DNA from: Leidyana gryllorum EB-2025a
Taxonomy: Eukaryota > Protista > Apicomplexa
Direction: 5' to 3'
Length of the DNA stretch: 64,000 nt
Assembly (NCBI GenBank): GCA_048772705.1
Contig: JBLWGC010000036.1
Span: 62,001 to 126,000, forward strand
In this document: in pieces, positions 1-14,806 of the stretch
Layout of the letters: every line of letters begins with the position of its first letter
Numbering within the stretch: the first letter of the stretch is position 1
Made by a program: the position numbers and the translations under genes
Notes under the pieces: generated by a model
The model's database searches: none
What the model was told of the DNA's origin: nothing
What the model saw: the letters and a program-made list of their open reading frames with translations, nothing else

Positions 1-1599
1 CGTCGTCAAATCGGCGTTGGCCTCACGAATCTCGAACAGTTCACCAGTACACCGGGCGATCTCCTCCTGGAGGACTTTAAGCTCCCGGCCGCCATCATCG
101 ATCTGGGATTGTATGACATCCCATCTTTCCGATGGCACAAAGACACCTCCAGCTTGGTTCCGGGCCCAGGCTAACTCCTGTTTCAGTCGCTCGATCTCCG
201 CTGTCAATTCCCGGACGACAAACTTTTGTGTCATACGTTGATTCACTTCAGGGCGGTTGCGGATGTGTTTGGCCCGATGGGCATAGTCTGGGAAGAAGAG
301 AAGGTGTCACAAGTGTTCGGTCCGGTTTCCACTTACCGAGAGTCGAGAGGGTTTCGTCGCAACTGATTGGACTGGGGGAGACAGTGGCAATGATGCATGT
401 TTTGGTCCGTCCTCCCAGACTGTCCGACAGGAGACGTGTGAGCTTGGAGTCCCGATAGGGGATATAAGAGGAGTGCTCGACCAATGCGTTGATGACGCGA
501 CCCAAAGTCAGCAGAGACTGGTTGATGATACCCGCTTCTTTGGTTCGATCCTTGAGATGGCTGGTCCCAGAGCGTTGGACGTTCTCGCTACCCGCCAAGT
601 CGACCAAATTCATTTTCCCGATTCTGATTATATCCTCTCCGTCCAGATTGACTTCTTTCATTGTGATAATAACGGTGAAAATTGAGTGGGAACGCGAACT
701 CTGACGATTCAACATTGTCTCCGCAGTACGACGGCGTCCGGCAGCCAGCGTAAGCAACTCTTTGACCTCAGGCAGATCGTGGACAGTTATCTCTTCCAGT
801 TTGTCCACCGCTAACCCTTTGGTGACGATTCCGGCCCTCTCGGCCTGATCGCGATCGAATATTCGAAGTGGGAGGCGGTCTCCGTCCTGCAGGAGATCGT
901 GCAGCTCTTCATTATATATCTCCAAGTAGGAGACTTTGACAGAGAACTCCACTGAGGAGTTAGTCAGACGCTCAAATATCAGAGCCAAGCAACGTGGAAT
1001 CACTCCAACTTCAGCGGGTAACTTGAACGCTATTTCGCGTCCGCTTTCGCCCCCTTCATTCAGGGGTGTGGCGGGCTCTGACTGTCCCCAAAATTAGACG
1101 TCACCACGCTACAACTCACTGTTAGATCTTTCGGCCACAAGCCCTCCATGGTGTATGTCTTGCCTGTGCCCGTTTGGCCATATGCGAATATGGTACAATT
1201 GAAACCGAGCAGGACTTCATCAACCAACGGAACGATGTAGTTGGTGAACAAGCTGTCTTGGCTCGTCATAGGCCCACATACGCCGTCAAAGAGATAGGTT
1301 TTGTCATTGTGTTCACCCCTCTTGACTTGTCGTACAATGAGTTCACGAGACGTTTCACGGCACTCCACGATAGAGTCGATGCCGGGACGTCCTTGCTCGT
1401 AGGCAGCAAGCGGACGACAGCGGATGATGACTTTGACATTGACCCCATTCTGGGTGTGGGAGCTGCTGGAGGATCCTTTGCGGCCGTCATCAGCATCAGG
1501 CAGCTTAGTGTTTGCAGCACGAGGTAGTCCTCGCACCTGATTATTATTGGAAGATCGGTTGGCACGGACCCCTCCGACGGTAGTGCTATTATGTCTCAT
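1..1599 (-). CDS. KIF11: Kinesin-5 (BimC/Eg5-like) motor, multi-exon, 3' end runs off the window
   Basis: Motifs [14 protein letters not shown] (P-loop), [13 protein letters not shown] and [25 protein letters not shown] across ORFs 1060-1599 and 248-1003, joined by short introns. Confidence 0.92.
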
Positions 1600-1622
1600 T
1601 GTGCAAGTGGAGGGAGTTAACT

Positions 1623-1643
1623 AAGAAGAAGAAGAAGAAGAAG
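1623..1643. repeat. (AAG)7 microsatellite; reads as a (CTT)7 pyrimidine tract upstream of the kinesin ATG
   Basis: Directly visible: aagaagaagaagaagaagaag. Confidence 0.9.
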
Positions 1644-1664
1644 CTTCTGATCTTAAAGCGAAGA

Positions 1665-2360
1665 TCAGGGCTCAAATCTCCATTCAATAAGTTCGGGCAC
1701 CTTATCATGGACTTTCATCTCTTTGGGCACTTCCCACTGCTGAGCTTTAGATAACCACTGCTCTCCCTGACCAACTGGACTGATCTCAACGCGAATCAAA
1801 GGTAATCTTCTCATCGCTTTGAGTGTATTCTTGAGTTCATACCATACCACGTCGATTGTGCTTGAAAGGGTTTGAACTCTAGTTGCTGTGAGAGCCTCGG
1901 GTAGGTCTACAACTCCGGGAGGCAGTGTGGTCAAGTTGAAAGCACCCACTTCTTTGACCAAATTCTCTATAAGTTGACGGCCTATTGAGGAGTTGTGAGA
2001 CCAATGCCAGTCGAATGAAAGCTTACCGATGCCTCTTCTCTGGAAGCAGGGGAGCACTGCCACACAATGAACTTTGACATAGTATTGTCCAGCCTTGGCT
2101 TGCGCCTTGGCGGCTCGGCGAGACGAGGCGGTTGTCTTCTCGATACTTGCAATCAGAGCCCCTACCGGGACCTCGTTTACATATGCCAGACGTGAGAAGC
2201 AGTACACGGGGTGATACCGAGTTATCATGCCCAACCGTCCATCAGTAACACTCTCGCATATGTCTTTGGGCAGAGGAGGGGCGCCGGCTGCTGCCCGTAT
2301 GGCCTCAGCAGCACCGAAAGACTTGTCCGTGATGCTACTGAGACTTGCTCGAGTCGTCAT
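1665..2360 (-). CDS. GNAT acetyltransferase, Naa50-like (divergent)
   Basis: RLAYVNEVPVGA and VAVLPCFQRRGIG (acetyl-CoA motif A). Start set at MTTRAS because the upstream part of the ORF overlaps the last dynamin exon. Probable 45-nt intron at 1982-2026. Confidence 0.65.
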   Translation of the reverse strand: MTTRASLSSITDKSFGAAEAIRAAAGAPPLPKDICESVTDGRLGMITRYHPVYCFSRLAYVNEVPVGALIASIEKTTASSRRAAKAQAKAGQYYVKVHCVAVLPCFQRRGIGKLSFDWHWSHNSSIGRQLIENLVKEVGAFNLTTLPPGVVDLPEALTATRVQTLSSTIDVVWYELKNTLKAMRRLPLIRVEISPVGQGEQWLSKAQQWEVPKEMKVHDKVPELIEWRFEP

Positions 2361-2386
2361 TCTGTGGCTAATGACTAGAAAAAAAC

Positions 2387-5326
2387 CTAGGTCGCCCCGG
2401 GCATATTCGCTGCAACAAGGTCGTTGACAGTCTGAGTCGAAATCAGCTCCTTGTGCACCTGACTCAGTACGCTGTGCGCCTTCCGCAGGGTACTGTGATG
2501 AGACAGAGTCGAACAACAATCCACCGGCGACCCCGACCAACTTACTCTCGCCTAACTAAAGCCCGTTGGCGCCTCTCCGGGACCGAGGGCGCTTCTTCTA
2601 ATAGGGATGCAAATAGTTCTGTGGAGGCAGGCAATGATTGAATGTCTCTACTACAAAGATTCACTCACCTTCACGATACAGTTTGGTAACCAGCTCGCCA
2701 TGCAGGGCGTCGCGACTGGCATTTACCAAGAAGTGCATGATGGTCTTGGGAATTATGTCCGACATGGTTTTCCTGAATGAGGTTATTGATGTGCGACCTT
2801 TGGATGGACGACTCACTTTACAATCTCAAAGTAGCTGGATATCAACCCTTTGACAAGTTCAAGTTCCATACTCTCGCGCTCGGATTGGTCAATGGGAAGG
2901 AAATCAGTGGGACCGAGTGGCAACATGAAGGCAGGACTGGGCAGGCCCCGATGAGACATTTGTGCTGGGGTTGGGAGGGTGGCGGTGGGGGGGATTGAAC
3001 TGCAGTGTGGGAGTCGAGCATTCGCCGTGGTAGTGTAGGGCGCTACAGGAAGCTGGACAGCCTCATCTGGCGAGCCACTTTGACGCCGATTACTGACAGT
3101 CCTGCTGGAGGGAGCACTCGGTCGGTTAGTCAGCTGAGGTGGTGCCGTTGTCTGCTGAAGCGGATGTCGTCGCCAGAACGATAGGAAGCTTTGCTGCTGG
3201 GACCCAAACATGAGCGACACCGAAGCTCGACCACCCGGACTCACTTTCTGAAAGAAGAAGGCCATATGATTGGGTAAGCGCAAGTAATGGAGAGAGGAGA
3301 GGAAGGGGAAAATTAAGAGAAGGGATTCCTCCTCTGGACGACCCACGATACTCACATTGTTGTCATCAGAGTCACTGTTGCCTGTGGTAGGGGTTGCGGC
3401 GCCAGGGGCCTTCGGGACCGGAGGAGGTGGCTCGGTACTGTCATTACTGCCGCCACTCCCTTCTTTGGTGTTTGGGGTAGGAGCACCAGTTGGGAATGAA
3501 GCGCCTCGAGGTCCTGCTGTGGCGCTGTCGCCCATGACGGTATGAGAGTCCCCACAGTTACGCGCAGCGTTGACCAGATAGTTTGCGATGGCCCGGTTGC
3601 CACCCACAAAGTCTGGATGGCTCTTATTTATGAACGCAAGTTCAATGCGGATAAAGTCCGTGACGGACTTGAGGGTAGTCGACAAGTGATCGAGGATGAC
3701 ACCTTTGGAGATCTCGCGTACTCGGGCCTCCAGGTTGGGGAATCGTTTGAACTCGTTCATCTGATATATAGGGAATTCTGTGATAGTGAGCATTTCCTGG
3801 ACAGCTTGATGCACGCATTGCACAGCAGGCTGCTCCAACAAGTGTATTTGTTTCTTGACCAGCATTTCGAATGCCGTCTCCGGGACAAAGAGACTCGTGC
3901 TGCTGCCCGATGCATTTCGAATAGCCATTTTAATCTCGCGATCGTTCAGTCGAGCCAAAGGGTCACTCCTCATGATGGCGGGGGCAAACCAATCTTGGAA
4001 GACGTAGTGCAGTCTGGCTCCGCCGACGAGTTCACATGCCGCTGGCATCGAGTCGACTTCGTGATCGTTTCCCTCGTTGTGCTTGTTGAGCGCAGGACCA
4101 GCCCGTCCGTCCAACAAGTCATCCACTATGCGTGCATACCTCGTGAACACCTGGAGTAACAGCCCTCCGGCAGCACTGGTTTTCGGGTCCAACGGGCTCC
4201 CGAGTCGACGCAAGTCTCTCTCCACTTCTGTCAATAAGGTGTCTATCGTTGACTTCATCGCAGGTAAGTGCAGACGGATGTGATGTGTCAGTATCTGATT
4301 GAGCTTTCTCGCCAGATGCCCTACACCACATTGGTTGGAGATCGGCGACAAGACTGGATGGGTAGCGAAGAAACGTCTCTCCTGCCGCAACGACTCGTCC
4401 AATGTCACCCCCTGCTGCGAGTCCTTCTGACTCCGACACTTAATGGGCACATAGCCCCTCCTCAGGGGGTACACCTTGCCTTCCAGGATGTGAAGAAGCT
4501 GACCGGAGTCGTCGACCAAGTCGCATTTCGTCAAGACACCAATCGTGCGTTGGCCCGCTGGGTCAACCTCGCGAGCTATCCGCAGGCTGTCTGAATTGGC
4601 GAGGTCTACGTTGGCCGCACTGACGGCTAAGATGACGCAGTTTGTGCTTCGAATATACGTCATCACCATTCGTTTAACTTGTTCCTCAATGTCGGTGGGC
4701 TGGTCTTGGGTGGGTACTCGGATGAGTCCCGGCAGGTCAATGAGGGTGAGGTCAATGACAGAGGGAGAATAGAGTTTGAGAATGATGGGCTTGGAGGTGA
4801 CGGCGGGGGCAGCTTCGCCGGGAGGAACGCTTGCTTGAGCGTCGCGCAGAATGGTGGCCGTTCTGACCGTAATTTCCGTAGCAATAGCATCCGCTTCAGT
4901 ATATCCACGATTAGTTTGATGGGCGAATTCAGCAAAGAACGCCTGAATGTGAGAGTGTCAATGATGAATGATGCTCTCGACTTCACGGCCGCTGAACCTC
5001 ACCTGGTTGGGTTCGATCCTGTGAGAACTCATGCTGGAACTGCGAACTAGACATTCACAATCCCTGACCATCTGTTGAACAGTCTCTATACTAACGTGTC
5101 GAAGTTGTAGGATCAAGGGACATTTCGTGACCATTCCATTTCCTCGTGGTAAACATGAGTGCCCAATAATGGCTTCAAGTATACTGGACTTTCCGACACT
5201 CTGACTTCCGACCACAGCAATTTGTGGCAGGTCTAAGAGGGTGGGAAGGCGGTCTTTTGCCACAGAATCATCAAGACTGGCATAGAGTTCCTGCAATTGA
5301 TTCACTACAGGAACCAATGTATCCAT
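2387..5326 (-). CDS. Dynamin-related GTPase (DrpA/Dnm1/Vps1-like), multi-exon
   Basis: [16 protein letters not shown] (G1), LTLIDLPG (G3), TKCD (G4); middle domain [16 protein letters not shown]; [17 protein letters not shown]...[13 protein letters not shown]. Last exon ends ...MPGAT* at 2387. Confidence 0.93.
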
Positions 5327-5423
5327 TGTTGCCAGACTGTGCCTTCTGCACAATATTCTATGTGTCAAAAGATTTATTGAGTACTATTGCACACCCGCTA
5401 TACTATCATCTCTCTTCTAACTC

Positions 5424-8783
<3,360 letters not shown>

Positions 8784-8792
8784 TGAGTGCTT

Positions 8793-9616
8793 TTATTCAA
8801 CTTTCGAGTATACTGCAGTGACCTGACGCCCCCCAAAATATCTGTTGTGGAAGTGCGCTTTGGCGCGAGTGGCGTCTTCGATTGTCTCATACTAAAGCAT
8901 CCTATCGTCGGCCAAAGCAAAGGTCCATCACCCACCTCGCATATGACTCGGACTCGCTCGCTCGGCAGTGGATTATTGGCATCAATTACCACTTGCACGG
9001 TGGTGAGGTTGCCCACCTTGGAAGCCTCATCACCCATTTCGTCCTCCAAACGCGCGTCCACTTCAGCCGGTTCCACGAGGTTCTGATCGGAGTGTATGAG
9101 ATCATGGCGGTGTCTGCGGCTTCTCTTACGGAGAGTATGATGGCCCGACTTGGAGGATTGTGAATGATCTGTTGTTGTTTGACAGCGGCAGCTGCTGCAG
9201 CTTGTAGAGTGGCGGTCTCCTCGCCCTGCACAATGACACCCCTGGTACCCCCAACATGCTGAGCTATCAGCGGTGCGGTTATGCCCTGCCCCTGACTTCC
9301 CAGACCAGTTCCCTCTTGCCATCCCATTTTACGAAGCATATTGATGGCAAAACTGGAGGGCAAACCGGGCGACGGAGTGGGTTGTTGGACTCTGGCTTGG
9401 CTGGCAGTACTCCCACGGAGCACTTGGTTTTCCTCTGCTGCCGCTCGCTTCTCTTTGGCGCTTGCTTTGACTATTTCGTCATAGGTATTGGGAACATTGG
9501 GGTCTATTGGGTGATACACAGAGGTGCCAAAAGATAAGGCTCTACTCACCGTACTCATCAGCCAGAGCACCAAACCTCAGAGACAAGGCCAGCTGTTCAT
9601 CGGGTGTGGTGGCCAT
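8793..9616 (-). CDS. RBM17: Splicing factor 45 (SPF45/RBM17): SF45 motif, G-patch and UHM domain
   Basis: Spliced LADEYDPNVPNTYDEIVK; G-patch FAINMLRKMGWQEGTGLG; UHM ...HNRYFGGRQVTAVY ending TAA at 8793-8795. An alternative in-frame ATG exists at 9682. Confidence 0.88.
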
Positions 9617-10013
9617 GTATGCCAAAAAAAGCGCTGGGATATGGCTCTTGACATTGGCTTGTGAAGCTGCAGTTCCCCCCATCCTCGCAGGTTGCAATGA
9701 AGTATTAGCGTATTGTGCTGTCTATTCCAGATGGTTTTGCCGAGATGTCGAATGTGATCTGCGTCTCTTCAATCAGTGTCTGTCTGACGATCCTCAATGT
9801 CACTATACCACACAGCTGACCAACGAGTGTGTGGAGGCTTTCATTGGGTGTTCCCACCACGCCGTCCGTCGTTGCCTTAAACTCGATGCGGACGATGCCA
9901 TGTCTTGCTATGACGTGGTACTACTCAGATGCTGGACACATGGGCTGGACGCCAAGCTGCACTGCCCTCACGATACTGTACCTCTACAGGAGCTTGACCC
10001 TTCCGGAATCTGA
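9615..10013 (+). CDS. Small putatively secreted cysteine-rich protein (132 aa)
   Basis: Signal-like MYAKKSAGIWLLTLACEA followed by 12 regularly spaced Cys with an internal two-fold pattern. Confidence 0.5.
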   Translation: MYAKKSAGIWLLTLACEAAVPPILAGCNEVLAYCAVYSRWFCRDVECDLRLFNQCLSDDPQCHYTTQLTNECVEAFIGCSHHAVRRCLKLDADDAMSCYDVVLLRCWTHGLDAKLHCPHDTVPLQELDPSGI

Positions 10014-11198
10014 AACGAATCGGGCTGCCACTACAGTGGTAGGCGATCTTTGCCGCGTTGTCTGAAAAGAATCTGCTCTGTTGCCCTCCCGATTGTACTC
10101 GCGCGTTATTCCTTCATACCGAACGAGAGGACTCGCCAGAAGAATTGCGAGGATCGATTGAAGAATGTCAAATTGAATATGTCGGGGCTACTAGAATCCC
10201 TTCGAATATCGCGAAGCTGATGAATTGGTTTCTGGTTGGACACTCCATCTGGGAGCGAAAAGGTGTTCGCGCCCGATTTGGTTTTTCAACTGCGGCGCTT
10301 CTGCACTGCCCGGCGCCTAAAGTTCAACTTCAACTCATTTCGGGGATCGGTACTGATGCCACTCTTCGAGCCGTGCTATAGTTCATCACATGTTCCGCTG
10401 AAGAAATTGGTCCGTATCTGAGAGCTCAATCTGCTGACCACCCGGACGCATGGGCACACCTGCGGAAACAGGTTGTTCATGCAGAGTCAACCACTCCCTC
10501 AACGACTTTCTTCTACAGCGTTCCACCGTCAATCATCAGTCAGCGGTACTCTAAAATGCCGGAAGCGACATCATGGGTGGCTCAGATTTTTGTGGGCGGA
10601 CTGGACTGTTCGACGAGATTCCAATGGATTTTACTCTCGCTTGGCGGCTCGGTGGGATGCTGCTTGATTGCCGTTTCAATTGAATGGGAATATTTGGATG
10701 TTCCTGTGACGTTTCCGGCTGTGTGTCCCCGTCAGTATACACCAAGAAGTATTCCCCCAAGACGAGAAGGAAGAGTCCGGAACCCACGACAACAGTTGTG
10801 GTTGTTTCAAATCCCGATAGGGCACGAAGGAGACACGCGCTGTAGTGTATCCATTGCGCGGCTACAAGTACGAACGAAATTAATCGGACCGATGAGCTTC
10901 GGTGGATGTATACCTCCGTGGTGGGGACAATGATCACTGCCTCCTGGTGTTCGGCTGTTGCGTGGTTTGGCCACCCCCAACTTACCCGAAGAGAGGTGGG
11001 CCTTTCGGCGGGGAGAGATCATTTCGAATCTGTACGAACTTCTGGTCCTACTCTTGGACCTGGTATTGAGTCGCTCGTAAGAAACATCGCGGGTCTCTCT
11101 GGAAATATGATTCGCAGCTCATCCCTCTTGTTGACATTCTGGGTCAATGAATCGAGACGGAGGGGGCGTTTGAAACGCTTTGCCCTCCGCTTGACGAG

Positions 11199-13020
11199 AT
11201 GCAGAGGAGGGTGGAAGCGATTCGCGAAGCGCTCCAGCCTTTTGTGGAACCGATGACCAGGCAGCGACTTCGTGGCGAGCTGATCGCTGAGTTCAGGCTA
11301 GTTGTTAGGTCTCGACTAATCATGCAAAGCCTCCGGAGGTGGCGAAACCTCACACTGATAGAAGTGGCTATCGAGGAACCCGTTTGCGAGCTGGCCACTG
11401 CTGTTCGACGCGACATCGTTGCCGAGCTTCGAAATCTGCCCGGAGCGACGGCTAACTGGAGAGAGGAGTTGGAGAGTTGTACTCGAAGAATGCGTAATCC
11501 GGGGCCTGCCGGCCCGTTGAGGTGGGGAAACAGTCTTGGCTTCACCTAAGTGACGACTCCACATTCTGGCATTTGTAAAAATTGACAGTGCGACAATGTA
11601 ATTCATCAATAGTGATCATTGCGTCCGCGGTTGAGGTTGAATCTGACTCACGCCGAAGGGTGTGGAACTGAGGGGGAGGTGTATCTAAGAGGGAGGAGCA
11701 ACTCTACGGTGCCGGACTATTGGGAATTCGCTCCAGCGGTACTAAATTAGATAGTGGCGAGGGGAACGACTGCAAAGGATCGGCAATGGAGACACGGGCC
11801 ATGGAGACACTGGGCACACAATATGATTAGGGACAGCGAAGACAATTTGAATGTAAAGACGCAGAATGAGTAGTTGTTGGTCAGCAAGTGAAACTATGGG
11901 CAAGCTGCGGAAGGTTGCGGCCAGAGGCACCGAAAAAATTCGATGACACACAAGTCCGTAGCCACATGGCGGAGGCGATGGCCGTTCGCCTCGCCCTATC
12001 TGCTCAATCTCCGATGGATCCTCCCCCCTCTGGTGGCCGCTGATGTTGAAGGTTTCCTCATAAAAGCTGCAATACGCAGCAGTAACGATAAATTACGGCT
12101 CTCCACGTGGCCTCACTCATCGAAAACAGATGTTCACGACACTTCACTACGCGAGGCAATGTGTTTTCTGCTACGGTACCTCTCTGTACTCTTAGTTGTG
12201 GCTCAGGAGCGAGAACAAACAGGTATGGCCTCATCTTCCGAGCACAACATGTCTCACACCACAGGAGGCGGAAAACACGATTCCTGGGCCGGGCAGTACC
12301 ACGCCGAAGAGCGGAATCGACTGATGCGTTGGGGAGCTTGGATGATGAGATTACTCGACTCCCTTCAAATAAATGCTCGAGCGGACCCGCACTGGACTCC
12401 TCTGATGCATAGAATATATAGTGTGGCGAGAGCTCGTGTGGCCACCAACGAGATCAGTATTGGTGAGATTTTGTGTTCTCAGTGCTCTGCCTGTGGAGAG
12501 AGCACGTTGTTTGCCTGGCCGGAAATGCTCTTCGCACATTGTTATGCTTGTTTCAGTGGGCCGAACATGCGGCTTTAGTGTGGAGGAAGTGGAAGAGTGG
12601 TGGCGGGCAGATGGAACTCTGGTCGGCGGATTGCAATTTACACGCGCGACGGACAATTTCGACTTTTTGGAGGAATTGTGGAGACGTGCGGACACCAAAG
12701 ATCTGGAAGGGTTTAAACATTGGGGCGAGCCCATATTGGGTGGGTTGGCGACAGAATTGAGTGGTTTGGCGGACGATGACTGGATAGCAACCGATGATGA
12801 GTCGATTTTCTATGAGGCGAAAGATCGGAAGATCGAAGGCGCCGGCGTGCCGGAAGCATGGAAGAAGCACGTAAATTGCCTGCAATTATTTGTGGCTGCA
12901 GTGAAGGACCGGCGACCGGACGATCGCTTGTGGGAGCTGGTTCAAGACTTGGAAAGTTCTATGATTCAGACTCGTGTAGAGCAGGTGGCACGCGTACAGC
13001 GAGAAATAGCGACAGATTGA
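11199..13020 (+). CDS. Hypothetical protein(s), probably multi-exon; structure unresolved
   Basis: Protein-like helical ORFs 11199-11549, 11943-12578 and 12421-13020 on the same strand with plausible splice sites; no recognised motif. Confidence 0.4.
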
Positions 13021-13086
13021 CGGAGAAAAGTGTTTTCAAACAGCGGGCTCCCTCCTGAGTAGCCACCCGCAGGAGGAGGTCAAAAA

Positions 13087-14796
13087 ATGTATGTGTTGGC
13101 AGTTGATCAGGGGACGACCTCCTCCCGAGTGGTGATCGTGGACGCCAACGGGCAGATAGCTGGACCAGTTTACCAGAGAGAACACAAGCAAATATTCCCT
13201 CGGAGTGGATGGGTGGAGCATGACAGCCTGGAGATATGGTATAATGTACGCGACTTATTAATTCAAGCAGCCAATCACCTTGGCGGCAACATCGTGGCTA
13301 TTGGTGTCACCAATCAACGAGAAACTACTGTAATATGGGACGCTGTGACTGGTATTCCAGTTTACAATGCGATTGTGTGGCAAGACACGCGGACTCAAGA
13401 TATGCTGGAGAAGATGCTAGAAGAGGAAGAGTGTGCGAGACGCATCACTGGATTGACTCTTAACACCTATTTCAGCGCCTCGAAGATTCGGTGGACATTG
13501 CAACACGTCGATCAGTCTGCAAGCAGAAATTTGTTATTCGGCACTATCGATACATGGCTGGTCTGGCAGCTCACAAATCGAGAGCTTCACGTGACAGACG
13601 TGACGAATGCTAGCCGAACACTGCTGATGGACATCGAGACTCTGAGTTGGAGCCAACACATGCTGGATCTGTTTGAGATCCCGTCCCACATCCTACCTGA
13701 AATTCGGTCGTCCAGCGAGGTCGTTGGGTATATCCGCATGCCCGACTGCCGACCTTTGGACAGTGTTCCCATTGCCAGCCTTATGGGTGATCAACATGCC
13801 GCCATGTTCGGACAAGTCTGTTTCGAAGTAGGCAGTGCTAAGACCACCTACGGCACCGGCAACTTCACCTTGATGAATACTGGGACACAAATCGTGCGAT
13901 CGCACCACGGTATGCTGACAACTATCGCGTATCAACTCCCAAACGAGAAACCTATCTATGCTCTGGAAGGCAGCGTAGCAGTGACAGGTTCATTGATCAA
14001 ATGGCTGTGCAATTCCCTAGGATTCGCAGAGAATGTTAATGACATTGAAGCCCTTGCGCTGACGGTGCCTGACAACGGTGGATGCTACCTTGTGCCCGCG
14101 TTCGCTGGACTTTTTGCGCCCTACTGGCGACCAGATGCGCGCGGAAGCATTTTGGGTTTAAGTTTCTACCATAACAAAGCGCACATTGCGCGGGCGGCTT
14201 TGGAAGCCACGGCTTTCCAAACACACGACGTGTGCGAAGCCATGCAACGCGACCAACACCATCACGAACACCCAACAACCATAAAATCGAGCGATGGTCT
14301 GCGAACGCCTCGCACTTCCACAACATCCAATCCATCCACCGCCCGCACGCGCGAGCGGGATGACAGCGACAACCAGTCCACTGAGGACAGTCAACAGCCC
14401 CTGTCGTCTCGGAGGGCATCATCCATGAAAAGTCTGCCTCTCAACGGAAACATTGAACCACTGATTGGGGTGCGAGAAATGAAAGTGGATGGGGGTATGA
14501 CAGCTAATGCACTGCTTATGCAGTTTCAGGCGGACATGTTGAACTGTGAAGTCATTGTCTCCGCTACTCGAGAGACCACGGCTTTGGGAGCTGCACTGTC
14601 GGCGGGTTTGGCTGTTGGTGTGTGGGGTTCTTTGGACGAGCTGAGTCGATCGTGGCGAGCCGGTCGGCGGTATTTGCCCAATCTTGAGGTTGGCCGACGA
14701 GAAGGAATGCTCAGAGAGTGGCGGAAGGCTGTATCTAAGGCCTCTGGGTGGTACTCCTCACGAGTCAACGACGATTTTTGTGGTTGCCATTTTTGA
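13087..14796 (+). CDS. glpK: Glycerol kinase (FGGY family), apparently intronless
   Basis: AVDQGTTSSR, GWVEHD, TNQRETT, WQDTR, GDQHAAMFGQ, TYGTGNF, YALEGS, VPAFAGLFAPYW, KVDGG, ETTALGAA. Confidence 0.96.
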   Translation: MYVLAVDQGTTSSRVVIVDANGQIAGPVYQREHKQIFPRSGWVEHDSLEIWYNVRDLLIQAANHLGGNIVAIGVTNQRETTVIWDAVTGIPVYNAIVWQDTRTQDMLEKMLEEEECARRITGLTLNTYFSASKIRWTLQHVDQSASRNLLFGTIDTWLVWQLTNRELHVTDVTNASRTLLMDIETLSWSQHMLDLFEIPSHILPEIRSSSEVVGYIRMPDCRPLDSVPIASLMGDQHAAMFGQVCFEVGSAKTTYGTGNFTLMNTGTQIVRSHHGMLTTIAYQLPNEKPIYALEGSVAVTGSLIKWLCNSLGFAENVNDIEALALTVPDNGGCYLVPAFAGLFAPYWRPDARGSILGLSFYHNKAHIARAALEATAFQTHDVCEAMQRDQHHHEHPTTIKSSDGLRTPRTSTTSNPSTARTRERDDSDNQSTEDSQQPLSSRRASSMKSLPLNGNIEPLIGVREMKVDGGMTANALLMQFQADMLNCEVIVSATRETTALGAALSAGLAVGVWGSLDELSRSWRAGRRYLPNLEVGRREGMLREWRKAVSKASGWYSSRVNDDFCGCHF

Positions 14797-14806
14797 TAGA
14801 CGCTTT

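Noticed and set aside
11148-11150. In-frame TGA as selenocysteine
   Set aside because: No redox motif context and no SECIS recognised; an intron is a simpler explanation
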